From contig JAHBMJ010000141.1 of the NCBI GenBank assembly GCA_018398765.1, positions 1 through 54,864 on the forward strand: 54,864 nt of DNA. The letters are read 5' to 3'. The notes under the pieces are model-generated. The model had not been told where the DNA came from, made no database searches, and saw nothing but the letters and a program-made list of their open reading frames with translations. Shown here piece by piece: positions 1 through 13,293 of this stretch (positions are counted from its first letter, which is position 1; every line of letters begins with the position of its first letter). The stretch comes from Chromera velia (Eukaryota). Position numbers and translations under genes: made by a program.

Positions 1-60
1 TAAACCCTAAACCCTAAACCCTAAACCCTAAACCCTAAACCCTAAACCCTAAACCCTAAA
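1..60. repeat. Telomeric repeat array (TAAACCC)n, TTTAGGG type
   Basis: About 8.5 perfect TAAACCC units at the start of the sequence, in the C-strand orientation expected for a left chromosome end. Confidence 0.97.
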
Positions 61-146
61 AAAAATAAATAGTGATAGGAAGGAAGAAGGAAAAGAGACG
101 AAACACTCGGAAACAGTGAACAGAGAAGCAGAGAATGGAGGAGCAG

Positions 147-181
<35 letters not shown>

Positions 182-690
182 AAAGAGGACGAGATGGAAA
201 GAGAAAGGAGGACAGAAGGAAGGAAGACGAAGACAAACAGGGGAAAGCAATAGGCTATTTACGAAACCAAAGGGAAAGAATGAAAGAGGAGAATAGAGTT
301 AGAGAGCCGCAGAAAGCTACAAAGAAACAAACAAAAAAAGGGGAAAGAACATGAAGAAAAGGTAAATGAGGCGAAAAACAGAGGAAAAGAGGAAGGGGGC
401 AGGGTGAAAGAAAAAATCTGAAAAGAAGAGAGAAAAAAAAAAATAGAAAGGAAGAGAGAGGAAGAACAGGAAAAGGGAGAAGGAAGGAATTAATGACCGG
501 ATTAAGGCAAGGAGGAAGCACCGACAGGTAGGGTGAGGTCCATTCAAGGTCTGAACGGGTCTGAAGGGGGGCAAACCAAACATGTCACAGAGAGGACCAA
601 GTCAAAATCCCGACAGCCTGGAGGAAGCACAGTCCATTGCCATGAGAAGGAAGTGACCGACCATAGTCTCTAAGAGGAAAAAAGAAAAAA

Positions 691-729
<39 letters not shown>

Positions 730-742
730 GAAAGAAGAAGGA

Positions 743-786
<44 letters not shown>

Positions 787-1340
787 AAAAAAGAAAAAAA
801 GAAGGAAGCAAGGAGAACGAGAACTTTTCAAGCAGAGAAATAGAGAAAGAGCAATCTCGATACATATACATGGAAGTGAAGTGGTAGTTAGAATGTAAGA
901 CAGAAAGAAAGAACAGTGACTGCAACACTTGTTCCATCGATCGAAGGGGAAGGGGTGGGGAGAAAGCGAGCAAGGGGAAGAAGCAAAAAATTGATCGAAA
1001 TCGATCGATCGAACGAGAAAAAAAAAAACAACCTGACTGTCTGAACTCTCGTGAAACAAGGGTCCGGCCAACCCGAGGGAGAAGGAGAGAGAAGACAGGA
1101 AGGAATACAGAAGAAGAGACTCGAGACAGAGAAGAAAAAAAAAATGGGGGGGGGAGAAGGAGAGAGAAGACAGGAAGGAACACAGAAGAAGAGACCCGAG
1201 ACAGAGAAGAAGAAAAAAAAAAAAAGGAGAAGGAAAGAGAGTTGGAGGGGAAGGCGTCCAAGTGGTGAGCAATGCTGGGACAGACAGAACCTCCCAGAAG
1301 AAAATGGGTATTTGACTCAGAAAGAAAAAGACAAACAAAC
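61..1340. repeat. Purine-rich subtelomeric low-complexity region with (GA)n, (GAAA)n and a ~70-bp duplication (about 1077-1145 and 1151-1225)
   Basis: Strong A/G skew on the + strand. (GAAA)n at about 690-790. Two similar copies of GGGAGAAGGAGAGAGAAGACAGGAAGGAA...GAGACAGAGAAGAA. Confidence 0.85.
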
Positions 1341-1556
1341 TATCAAGTCTAAAGATGAGGGGGTGTGTACGAAGTTAGCATCGTCACCTAGCGTCACCTC
1401 GGCGCTTTTGATCCATCGTTGTCCTCGAGTGTAGTCGCACCGCCATCGAAATCAGAAATTGTATGTACATAGAATTATTGATGCAAGCAGAAAAATAAAA
1501 TTCAATCGAGACTGCAAAATGCAATATAAACAAGGACTGCATGCTTTCCAGACAAA

Positions 1557-1580
1557 CGTTGATGATTAAGGGTTTTTTCA
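1557..1580 (-). mobile_element. Ultra-short 5'-truncated retroposon insertion (3' end only) with TSD
   Basis: 24-bp insert (minus strand TGAAAAAACCCTTAATCATCAACG) flanked by the direct repeat TGCATGCTTTCCAGACAAA at 1538-1556 and 1581-1599. It matches the 3' end of the copies at about 2105 and 30567. Confidence 0.75.
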
Positions 1581-2103
1581 TGCATGCTTTCCAGACAAAT
1601 GGATTAAACACCAAAGAGAGGAGAAGGACAGACTGCTTAGAGTGATAGTGTATCTATGTATGATATACCGAGTGAACCTGATGGATCAAATAAACTACAT
1701 GGACAGTGTAGGTGTCTTGTTTCATGTCCAGTGATCGTAGGCATGTTCAAGGTCTGATCTATCGCTAAGTAGAAATCTGTGTATCCATCTATCTTTCCAT
1801 CTTTCAAGTAGGCAGATTTTTCTAGGACTTTTTAGTCTTTCTCAATGTCTCCATTGTTGGTCTCATTGCTACCAACTTTTTAAAAAGAGCGTTTAGCTCA
1901 GAGGATATGGGAGGGGCTTCAAGGTGGTTTCTAATCAACTGAACCATCTCCAAAGCCTCCTCAATTTGCGACTGGACCGGCTTAAAGTCTGTAAACATTT
2001 TGTCTTAACAGACTGAGCAGTGTATTCTATTATATGACTTAAAAATAATGATGGCGCAAAATAAACGTGCTGCCTAGCGGTGCAGGAATAAGACTTAAAA
2101 ATT

Positions 2104-2160
2104 TGATGATCGAGGGTTTTGTTATGCATGCCGCGTCCCCACATATGAGGGGCGGATCTG
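2104..2160 (-). mobile_element. Short retroposon 3'-end copy (stem-loop plus AAACCCTCGATCATCA tail)
   Basis: Minus strand CCCCTCATATGTGGGGACGCGGCATGCATAACAAAACCCTCGATCATCA is homologous to 30567-30609. No TSD identified. Confidence 0.6.
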
Positions 2161-2830
2161 GCCTAGTTTATCTAAAGGTTCCGCTTTTTCCTGTTAGTCA
2201 ATCCTAGGAGCAAGCTTATTGATCACTTTTTATGTGCAGCTTATAACTTGTGGCTTCAACGGCACGATAGAAAAACTAAAGGGGGAGATCAAAGGTAGCG
2301 CGAAACCTTGATAATCTCTTTTTCCCTTGGCACAAGCTACCCTTTGTTAAGAGAAAATAAGCGAGAACTAGCGAGAACAACCTTTATCAGGGAAGGACCC
2401 AACCCATCTACCCCTTTTCTGCTCGACCCTAAAAGCTCCTAAGCTTGTTTGAGAATATATCGCGGCAAAGTCGGGGAGGGCGGCGCCGACATGCGTGCGG
2501 CGTGCGAAAAAAGGGCCGGCTGCATGGTCGAAAAAAGGGCCGCGCTTTGCCTTGGTGCGCCGGACCTTTTTTGAAGCAACTTAAAACGACCCACAGTATG
2601 ACTGCACCCTCTTCCCTTCTTTTCCTTCTTGCTGCTTCAGAAGCTAGAGGCTTGCCAAATCTTGCCAATTTAATGCTTACCATGCATTGCTTGCCACATC
2701 TTGCCCCTTTCCTGGCAGAGAGACGTTTGTTAAACGCTTTTCCCGTTGACTCTGATACTGCATGTGTGAAGGCCAGGCGCGAGAAAATGCCCTGAAAGAT
2801 CCTCCAGCCGACCCTACTTGAGCCCTATCG

Positions 2831-4440
<1,610 letters not shown>

Positions 4441-4444
<4 letters not shown>

Positions 4445-5600
4445 ATGAATGAACGAATGAATGAACGTACGAACGAATGAATGAACGAATGAACGAACGA
4501 ACGAACGAATGAATGAATGAACGAATGAATGAATGAACGAACGAACGAATGAATGAACGAATGAATGAATGAATGAATGAACGAACGAACGAACGAACGA
4601 ATGAATGAACGAACGAACGAATGAATGAACGACGAACGAACGAATGAATGAACGAACGAACGAATGAACGAATGAATGACCGAACGAATGAATGAACGAA
4701 CGAACGAATGAATGAACGAACGAATGAATGAACGAACGAATGAATGAATGAACGAACGAATGAATGAACGAATGAATGAACGAACGAACGAATGAATGAA
4801 TGAACGAACGAATGAATGAATGAATGAACGAACGAATGAACGAATGAATGAACGAACGAACGAATGAATGAAAGAGTGAATGAATGAATGAACGAACGAA
4901 CGAATGAATGAATGAACGAATGAACGAACGAACGAACGAATGAATGAATGAACGACTGAATGAATGAATGAACGAACGAATGAATGAATGAACGAATGAA
5001 CGAACGAACGAACGAATGAATGAATGAATGAATGAATGAATGAACGAACGAACGAACGAATGAACGAATGAATGAATGAATGAATGAATGAATGAACGAA
5101 CGAACGAACGAATGAATGAACGAACGAACGAATGAATGAACGACGAACGAACGAATGAATGAACGAACGAATGAACGAATGAATGACCGAACGAATGAAT
5201 GAACGAACGAACGAATGAATGAATGAAGGAACGAATGAATGAACGAATGAATGAACGAACGAATGAATGAATGAACGAACGAATGAATGAACGAACGAAT
5301 GAACGAACGAACGAATGAATGAATGAACGAACGAATGAATGAACGAACGAATGAATGAACGAACGAACGAATGAATGAATGAACGAATGAATGAATGAAT
5401 GAATGAATGAATGAACGAACGAATGAACGAATGAATGAACGAACGAACGAATGAATGAAAGAGTGAATGAATGAATGAACGAACGAACGAATGAATGAAT
5501 GAACGAATGAACGAACGAACGAACGAATGAATGAATGAACGACTGAATGAATGAATGAACGAACGAATGAACGAACGAACGAACGAATGAATGAATGGAT
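4441..5600. repeat. (GAAT/GAAC)n compound tetranucleotide array with internal higher-order duplication
   Basis: About 1.15 kb. Rare variants each occur twice: GACGAACG at about 4631 and 5142, GACCGAAC at about 4678 and 5185, GAAAGAGTGA at about 4870 and 5457, GACTGAAT at about 4954 and 5541. Confidence 0.92.
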
Positions 5601-5619
5601 GGAAGGGAGGACGGAAGGA

Positions 5620-6078
5620 AGGAGGGAAGGAAGAGAGGACGGAAGAAAAGAAGGCAAAAAACAAGGGAATGAAAAATGAAAGAGGGAAGACCGGGAAAAA
5701 TCGTGCAGACAGATATATTAATAAACCTGCCCCCTATTGATTGACCTCTGCCTGCCTGCCTGCCTGCCCCCTCGATCGATCGATCGATCAAACGACTGAA
5801 TGAATGGATGGATGAATGAATGGATGAATGAATGAATGAATGAATGGATGAAGGAAGGAAGGAAGGAAGGAAGGAATGAAGGAAGAAAGGAGGGAAGGAG
5901 GGAGGGAAGGGGGGACGGAAGAAAAGAAGGGTTTTTCAAAAACAAGGGAATGAAAAACGAAAGAGGGAAGACCGGGAAAAATCGTGCAGACAGACATAAT
6001 AATAAACCTAGCTGCCCCCTATTGATTGACCTCTGCCCGCCTGCCTGCCCCCTCGATCGATCGATCAAACGACTGACT
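5620..6078. repeat. ~280-bp tandem duplication
   Basis: AAACAAGGGAATGAAAAA.GAAAGAGGGAAGACCGGGAAAAATCGTGCAGACAGA...CCCCTATTGATTGACCTCTGCC...GATCGATCAAACGACTGA occurs at about 5659-5800 and 5940-6076. Confidence 0.9.
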
Positions 6079-6324
6079 GCAGAGCCCCGGGCGTTCTCAG
6101 CCGCAGAGGTCGTCTCCCTGTCCAGACAGAGAAAGAGACCCTTCGCGGTCCTGCTTGGACCTTCAACAAAAGCCTCCCATCCTCAGAGTGGCTCCAGGAG
6201 CTTCCCCTCCTTCCTCTCTGCTGCCTCCACCTCCTCCGAAAACGCTCGGGGAAACCCTTCGGAAGCAGGGGCAGCCTGGGACAGAAGAACGGAGAGGGAG
6301 CGGGAAAAAACACGTCCCGCGACG

Positions 6325-8523
6325 ATGCCGGAAGTGCCCGAAGAGACCCTAGAGGGCCCCCCTGACCCTGCCTCTCATGCGTTGGTTGGGTTGTCTTCTT
6401 CTTCTGATGCTGCTGCTGGTGGTGGGGGTGTGGGGGTGGAGAGGGGAGCCTCGAGGTTACTGTCTCCTTGCCCTCAGCGTGCGTCCTCACGTGAAGAGGA
6501 ACAGGGGGGGACGTTGGGGGGGCGTCAATGGGAGGGGAATCAGGGCGAGCCTTTGCCTTTGCCTTTGCGGTCTCCCCCTTCCCCTTCGAGTTCTTTTGAT
6601 TCTTCTTCCGATTCCCTCCCTTCGGCAGGCCGAGAAGCCCCTCGGTTCATCCCCGCGTTCTCCCAACAGAGCCTTGACGTCGTCACGGGGGACGACGAGA
6701 GTCCAATCGGAGGGAAGAAGAAAGAAGGGAAAGAGTCAGAAAAGATCAGAGACGGCAGAGACAAGGCTGAAAGGTTTTCTAGTCCTTCTGTATATGTACG
6801 CACAGGGTCGCTGCCTGCAGATGCAGACCCGATTTCCCAACGGAGGCATCACCACTCTGTGCCTGTTGATGCCTCTTCCTCTTTCTCTTCTGCTGCTCTC
6901 TGGAGAATGCTCAGCGACATCCGACCAGAGTCACCCCTGTCGTCCCTCCACCAGGAAGATTTCGATCTCTTGGATGAGGAGGAGGATCAAAGGGAAGAGA
7001 GAAAAGAACACACAGCAACCGTCAGAGGCCATCACCCCCCACCCGTTCCCAAAGACAGAGGCCGTTCTTCCGTCGTGCTCCTCAGTGAAGAGGGGAAAGA
7101 CGACCAAGTCAGTCCAAAAGCAGAGGGGGGGAACTTGAAGAACCCTCCCCTCCCTCATCCTCACCCCCATTCCCCCCCCCCTCACAGAGACCCAGCAGAA
7201 TCAGACTCTCCAGCGAAGAGCCCTCTGAGAAGGGGCCCCCCTTCTCTCCCTCACCATCAGCTTACCTCCCTGCCCCCCCCCCATCGCATTCCATCGAGTC
7301 GATTTTCAACAACAAGGAAATATGAGCTAGGCAACTTACGGAGACACCACACTGTCTCGGCAGGCCTCTCTCTCAACCCCCCCACTTCTCACACCGCAAA
7401 GCGAGGAAGCCCCCCCCCTCCCCCGTTGTATGGAAAAAATCCCAAAGAGCACCCACCAGCTACCCGTAGCAGCAGCAAAAGCAAGACCACACGAAGCAGC
7501 AGCACTGCCAACAAAGCAAATGACAATGTGCAAGAACGGTCGAAGGGGTCTTCTTCTTTCCTCTCCCAGCAGACCGCCTCCCGTTCTCCTGGCAGGACGA
7601 CGGTGAGATTCGGTCGAAGATGGTCTTCCCGTTTCAGTTTTCAGATCACGTCCTCCATGCCCCCCCGGAGGATGTCTGCCTCCTCCACAGTCGACTGGGG
7701 GATCAAGAAGAAGAGCGCCTACTGGAATGCAGGCAGCAGGTGGGTGGCCGTGGCAGGTGCACAGTCGGGCAATTTGAATTTCGTGGTGTATCCGAAGGAA
7801 CTCCGCAGCTGCCTGGCTGGAGTGGCCCCGCAAGGCTGCTTCCCGACACTCGCACGGAGTGTCTGTCCGTGTCTGAGAGACCCCATCCAGTACGAGCGTG
7901 CCAAAAAGCTTTTGGGGTTCTTCCTTGGCGTCGCCGACCTCCTCTCCGACTTTTCCGTCGGCATCCGCATGCTCACGGATCGCAAAACCGCAATCGGGTC
8001 CACGATCCTTGCACTGTCCCTAGTGGACCCCGCACACATCGTCCTCGTGTGGGGGTCTAGAGGGGAGCCCGAGGCATATGAACAGGCGGGGGTGTTGCTG
8101 CTGTCGTTGTTGGAGGTCCCCATTCTCGTTCTGACGATCCTCTTCAGAGAGGCGCAGAGCACGGCGGTGGTGGCGGTGTCCATTGCCCTGACGGTGATGG
8201 GCATTCTGTTCAAGGCGGCGCAGTTTGGGATGACATACAGGAAGAAGCTCATCGAGATGGCGGCAGAAATGGAGAAGCAGGAGAGAGCAGCTGCTGAAGA
8301 GGCAAGCAGGCAGGGTTCTTCGGTCTTTGGGGGGGGGGGACTGCAAAGGAAATATTCAATGGCAAGTTCCGCGTTCTGGGGGCAGACGCAGGCCCAGCAA
8401 CAAGATTTGGGGGAGTCCACAAAAGGGGGCAGGTCTGATCATGTCAACCAGGGGGCGGGGGGCGAGGGGGGGGGGCAGGTCCAGAGGTCGAAGTCAGTCG
8501 GCCTGCCTGCCTCTCCTTTGTGA
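6325..8523 (+). CDS. Hypothetical protein with a long Ser/Pro-rich disordered N-terminus and a C-terminal multi-pass membrane domain (weak XK-related-like motifs)
   Basis: Uninterrupted ORF of 732 aa from ATG 6325, open further upstream past a cag| acceptor at 6082. About 4 hydrophobic helices, including GVADLLSDFSVG and LLEVPILVLTILF. Confidence 0.75.
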   Translation: MPEVPEETLEGPPDPASHALVGLSSSSDAAAGGGGVGVERGASRLLSPCPQRASSREEEQGGTLGGRQWEGNQGEPLPLPLRSPPSPSSSFDSSSDSLPSAGREAPRFIPAFSQQSLDVVTGDDESPIGGKKKEGKESEKIRDGRDKAERFSSPSVYVRTGSLPADADPISQRRHHHSVPVDASSSFSSAALWRMLSDIRPESPLSSLHQEDFDLLDEEEDQREERKEHTATVRGHHPPPVPKDRGRSSVVLLSEEGKDDQVSPKAEGGNLKNPPLPHPHPHSPPPHRDPAESDSPAKSPLRRGPPSLPHHQLTSLPPPHRIPSSRFSTTRKYELGNLRRHHTVSAGLSLNPPTSHTAKRGSPPPPPLYGKNPKEHPPATRSSSKSKTTRSSSTANKANDNVQERSKGSSSFLSQQTASRSPGRTTVRFGRRWSSRFSFQITSSMPPRRMSASSTVDWGIKKKSAYWNAGSRWVAVAGAQSGNLNFVVYPKELRSCLAGVAPQGCFPTLARSVCPCLRDPIQYERAKKLLGFFLGVADLLSDFSVGIRMLTDRKTAIGSTILALSLVDPAHIVLVWGSRGEPEAYEQAGVLLLSLLEVPILVLTILFREAQSTAVVAVSIALTVMGILFKAAQFGMTYRKKLIEMAAEMEKQERAAAEEASRQGSSVFGGGGLQRKYSMASSAFWGQTQAQQQDLGESTKGGRSDHVNQGAGGEGGGQVQRSKSVGLPASPL

Positions 8524-8876
8524 CTCTTAAGAGTGTGCTTGCAAGCATCGATCTTGTGATTGTTTGGTTAATGGAAACTGATGCGACGGACAGGTCATAA
8601 GAGAAGCGTGCAGCTGTGTCTCTTCCCTGGTCGGAAACTAAGCCACATCTCTCTCTCTCTCTCTCCCTCCCTCCCCTTCTGTTATTGTGGTTCTGCCCTG
8701 GTCTTTTTCTCTTCTCTTCTCTTCTCTCATCTTAATTCTCTTTGCATCTTCGGATCGACTCCCGAGGAAAGAAAGAACTTACATGCATGGTGAGAGTGCA
8801 TGCAAGTGGAGAGACAGAACAAAAGATTTCTTCACAACAATGTCGCACACGAGGAACTACTAAAGCAGAAATGGAT

Positions 8877-8921
8877 CACACACACACTGACACACACACA
8901 CACACAGACACACACACACAG

Positions 8922-8956
<35 letters not shown>

Positions 8957-9105
8957 GACACACACACATTTACACACACATACACACACACAACACACAC
9001 ACACACACACACACACACATTCACACACATTCACACACACACACACACACACACATACACATTCACACACATACACATACACACACACACACATGCACAC
9101 ACACA

Positions 9106-9139
<34 letters not shown>

Positions 9140-9402
9140 TTCACACACACATACACACACACACACACACACACTTTTGCTTGGACATGCACAAACAGCT
9201 GTGCAGTGCAAGGCGGACAGACATAGAGAGTCTGACTGACTGACTGACTGACTGACTGACTGACTGGCTGGCTGGCTGGCTGGCTGACTGACTGGCTGAC
9301 TGACTGACTGACTGACTGACTGACTGGCTGGCTGGCTGACTGACTGGCTGACTGGCTGGCTGACTGACTGACTGGCTGGCTAGCTGGCTGGCTGGCTGAC
9401 TC
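8877..9402. repeat. (CA)n (8877-9174) and (GACT/GGCT)n (9231-9402) microsatellites
   Basis: Direct inspection. Confidence 0.95.
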
Positions 9403-9638
9403 ACTGGCAGAAGGACTCAGCGTATGGCATGAAAGGAAGCCATTCGGGAAGCTGACTACTTTATCACTGAGACGGGAAAAGAAGAGAACAGAGAGTGCGG
9501 GGGGGTTGCAGGATCAAACAGGCGCCGGACGATTGCACGTCGGACAGACAGATAGACAGACGGGGGTCTGCAGGGAAGGAATTGAAAGACAAGTCGAGAC
9601 TGTGAAAGGACAGTCAGTCGATCAGTCTAGCTGTGATA

Positions 9639-9810
9639 CTTCAGGCAGGCAGACCGTGGATGAAGAGAAAGAGAACGAGAGGGAGGAGGCAGTTGATCAG
9701 TCTGTGAAACTTCAGGCAGGCAGACCGTGGATGAAGAGAAAGAGAGAGGGAGGGAGGAGGCAGTTGATCAGTCTGTGAAACTTCAGGCAGGCAGACCGTG
9801 GATGAAAAGA
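9639..9810. repeat. ~71-bp minisatellite, about 2.5 copies
   Basis: CTTCAGGCAGGCAGACCGTGGATGAA at 9639, 9710 and 9781. Confidence 0.9.
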
Positions 9811-10217
9811 GACAGCTAAGAGAGCAGGCAGGCGCCTGACAGGCACAGAATCTGAGAAGAAAAACTTTCAGGGTGCACGCATAACAGACGGTATAGTTGA
9901 AAGGAGATCGATGTGAGAGGGGAGGAAACAAAATCAAGCGGTAGATCGAAGGACGGGCTGTGTAAAGTAGAGATCGATCGAAAGCTGCTGCTGAGTCTTG
10001 CATGGTCGATCGAGGGTGGAGGAAACAAAAACAACGAAAGCTGTTACTTTAAACTTGGAGGATTGGAAGAATTTGGAGAAAAGTGTCCGTTGCAGACGAG
10101 CAAGCAAAACACTCGATCTTGCAGGAAGCGTGTCCAGAGGGGAGCGGCCCCAAAAACTCAAAAAATTAAATCCTGATTTCTTTTTTTTTTTGCAAACGTG
10201 TTGTGTCAGGGTATCCA

Positions 10218-10273
10218 TTTGATTGATTGATTGATTGATGCCAAACCCTAGGTGGAGTTAGAACTCCCGGGCG
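10218..10273 (-). mobile_element. 56-bp 5'-truncated retroposon 3' end with (ATCA)n tail, inserted in the left TIR
   Basis: Flanked by ATCCA at 10213-10217 and 10274-10278. Minus strand has a GGAGT-TCTA-ACTCC hairpin followed by ATCAATCAATCAATCAATCA. Removing it restores the TIR. Confidence 0.55.
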
Positions 10274-10499
10274 ATCCAATTAGGTTTTAACCTAACCTAA
10301 CCTAACCTTGAAGTCAAAAAAACCTAGGTTAGGTTATTAACCTAGGTTAGTAACCTAAATTGCAACGATACGATTCTTACAGGTATGAAACATGATGATG
10401 ATGATGATTGAGGGTTAAATCCTAGATTTAGCGACGCCAAATCCCAAGCCACTAACAAGGCTTTGAGGACAACCCAGAGCACACATTCATAGAGGGGAG

Positions 10500-10812
10500 T
10501 GTAGGCCGGCTACGAGCGGCGAGTACGCGACGGGCCCGCGGAGTGGCGGAGCCGCGAGGCCGGCGGTGCCGCGAGGCCAGCGGCGCCGCGGCGATGCGCG
10601 CGCGGACTTCAATAAGTGTGGCTTGGCACAGAACTGAATAAAGTGATATCGATCTGTATGCATTTGAATTAGCTAACGATCGCTAACGATCGTTGGACTA
10701 ACTTGATCAAAGGAACAATATACGAACCTCTCTAGGTCAAACTCTTATAGTCTATGAACTTTGAATGCACATCGTTAGCGTTAAGAGTTCTAAGCCCCGT
10801 AATCTGCTTACA
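10500..10812 (+). repeat. 5' LTR (313 bp)
   Basis: TGTAGG...CTTACA. Aligns to 20261-20556 and carries an extra 17-bp tandem duplication. Confidence 0.96.
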
Positions 10813-10815
10813 ATC

Positions 10816-10838
10816 TGGTTACCAAAGCCAGGTTTCGA
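10816..10838 (+). promoter_or_regulatory. Primer-binding site, tRNA-iMet-like
   Basis: TGGTTACCAAAGCCAGGTTTCGA lies 3 nt after the LTR and resembles the canonical TGGTATCAGAGCCAGGTTTCGA. Confidence 0.75.
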
Positions 10839-12375
10839 ACAGGCTTTTTGATTCGTTTGTATTCAGTCTGAATTCTGTTGCTGTCATGGAACCACCTCCA
10901 GTCTTGGCTTTTTTGATAAACGAGCAGGTGGGAACGGCACTGTACAACCTTGAACAGTCCGTCACCAGCCTGCAGCAGACCAAAGAGATGATGCGGCAGA
11001 CCATAGAGGGGCTGGTGCCGAAGGTTGCAGCTCCACCCCCACAGTTGCCTCCTCAGGTGCTGCTAATGAGTGAGGAGGGTACACAGCAGCTTGTCGTGCC
11101 CTCTTAGGGCCCTGATCTGCGAGAGCAGCTTCCTCGGATTGCACTGAAGCAGCCGGACGAGTTCACTGGACGCCGCAACACTGTGGAAGGCTTGTGCCTT
11201 TAAAAGTGGACTTTTGCCCTCAAGTCGGACTTTTAAAAATTAACATGATTCATACTATAAAAGTTTTTCTTGTATCTTGATCTAGATCTTGACTGATCCT
11301 GAATAGTCAAAACTATAATAAAGTATAAGAGATTTAATATTCAAAAAAGTTTTTACGTCTAAAAAAAAATTAAAACAAAAATGTACGGAGTTAAAACCTG
11401 TGGTATATTATAGAAAAGCAATGGTCAAATTTAATTTTTTCCTGAGTTTGAGTCGTTTGGTTGATCTAAAACCTAATTGAAAGGTACCGAGATTCTTAGT
11501 TTTTTTTTTTGTCATTTCATAATTGTCCTTACTAAAGCTTATTTACCCTAATTTACCCTTATTTATAGCTAATACAGTTATGTGCAATTATAAACTACGA
11601 TCGATCAACCAATAAGAAAAAAAAAAATAATTAAAGGAAATCGAAAGAAAACACCAGACACTTGTAGAAGCGGTGAGACTAAAAAAAGTCTAAAGAAAGC
11701 GTACGAAACCACAAGCCAATCCGCCAAGCATACCTAAGGATGTGTATGGCACCGGGCAAGTTGCATACACATTGCATGGGAGGAGGGTGCGCACACGGCG
11801 CGCATTAATGCATTGTCAGGCCCCCGGCCCGCAGAGCGCTGTGCGCGCGATTTAATTTGGCCCTGGCTGCATACATGACCTGTGGCGGGGTATGCCGGGG
11901 CCCTCGACAGCCGGAAAAGCCGATTTTCCTCAAATTCAATAAATGAGAAATCGGCTTTCTATATATATATATATTATATCGATATATGGCATCCCAGCTG
12001 CTGAAAAAAGAGTACTTCATCAACAGCGTGTACGTGCGTCATTTCAATGATTTGGTTCCATGCTGAGCGCTCTCGGAGAGCTTCTGGGGGGGTGAGGAGC
12101 ACTTTGGTTCCGAAATTAAGGCTTGGACTGATGGGCTCGAGGACCAGGCTCGAGGAGATCATAAAAATGCTGTCCACGTACGTGCAAGGGGCCGACCTGA
12201 ACAATACCGGGAGAAAGGGGGCTAGGAGGCTTCTATTAACTCAGGCAAGTCCATTTGGTAGGGAAAGATAGGCTTAGATAGCTGTTGATGAGAGGAATCA
12301 CGACAATGGTTTTGTATCATACATACATATGAATAATTTCAACCCATGCATGACAGGCCAACACATGCCGACACA

Positions 12376-12697
12376 GCGTCCCCTGGGTCGTCTAAGGAAG
12401 CAAGAATCGAGCTTTGGGGTTCTAAAGAAGCAAGTTATCAATTGCTGGAAGCCTGTTTTCTTATATGGTTTGTGTGATGATTTCGAAATTTTTACTGAGG
12501 AAGGGCCGATCTCGGTAAAAATGGACAAACCCATGACAGACTGACAGCGCGTCCCCTGGATCGTCTAAGGAAGCAAGAATCGAGCTTTGGGGTTTCAAAG
12601 AAGCAAGTTATCAATTGCTAGAAGCCTGTTTTCTTATACGGTCTGTGTGACGATTTTGAAATTTTTACTGAGGAAAGGCTGATCTCGGTAAAAATGG
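12376..12697. repeat. 149-bp direct repeat, 2 copies (12376-12524 and 12549-12697)
   Basis: 10 substitutions between copies. Each copy ends in a TTTTTACTGAG...CTCGGTAAAAA hairpin. Confidence 0.93.
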
Positions 12698-13041
12698 GTC
12701 TGTCCATATTTTGACCCAGATTAGCCCCTTCCTGGTAGAATTTTTGAAATTATCACAGAGACAGGCTAACTTGGCAGGCATCCAGAGTTTCTGTATTCAC
12801 TTCTCATGCACTTTGTGTTCCGTTCCTTGCCTTCTCAGTCTGTCCAGGAGACCCATGATGTGGGATCTCTCTTTGGTCGATCTGATTCTCATGCAGATAC
12901 TTGCATGTGATGTTGCGTACAGGTACGTCTTCAACTGTGCTTCAAGTACTTGGACAATCGTAGGAGCCTCGAGCAAAAGTCCAGCGATGGTCAGTCTTAC
13001 TTCAGTGAGTCTTGGTTAAATTCCTTGATCTTAGTTAGTCG

Positions 13042-13293
13042 TGGGTAAAAATGCAGGTGGGTCTGGAGAGGGGCGCATTTTTACCGACAACGGCCCCTGC
13101 TCGGTAAAAATACACCCCCCCTACTCCCACTTTGAAATTTTTCTGTGTCTAATGTATGTCAAAAAGTTGTTCTCTGTCCTTTTCTCTGCTGCTTTGTATG
13201 TGTTACCCCCCCCAGCCCCCTGCATTTTTACCGAGAAGGGGCTGTTGTCGGTAAAAATGTGCCCCCCTTCAGACCCCCCTGCATTTTTACCCA
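13042..13293. mobile_element. ~250-bp fold-back or MITE-like element with ~72-bp imperfect inverted arms
   Basis: TGGGTAAAAATGCAGG.GGGTCTG...CATTTTTACCGACAAC.GCCCCT.CTCGGTAAAAAT recurs inverted at about 13220-13293. No clear TSD. Confidence 0.7.

Noticed and set aside
557..573. 17-bp exact inverted match to 13260-13276
   Set aside because: Short, includes a G run, and the flanks do not align convincingly. Compatible with chance in 55 kb.
5836..6082. N-terminal extension of the 895-aa ORF from ATG 5836
   Set aside because: It lies in microsatellite and duplicated intron-like sequence upstream of a splice acceptor. ATG 6325 or splicing at 6082 is more plausible.
10288..10357. (TAACC)n as an interstitial arthropod-type telomere (also 22350-22416)
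   Set aside because: The real telomere is TTTAGGG. These clusters are short, partly in mixed orientation and lie just inside matching TIRs.
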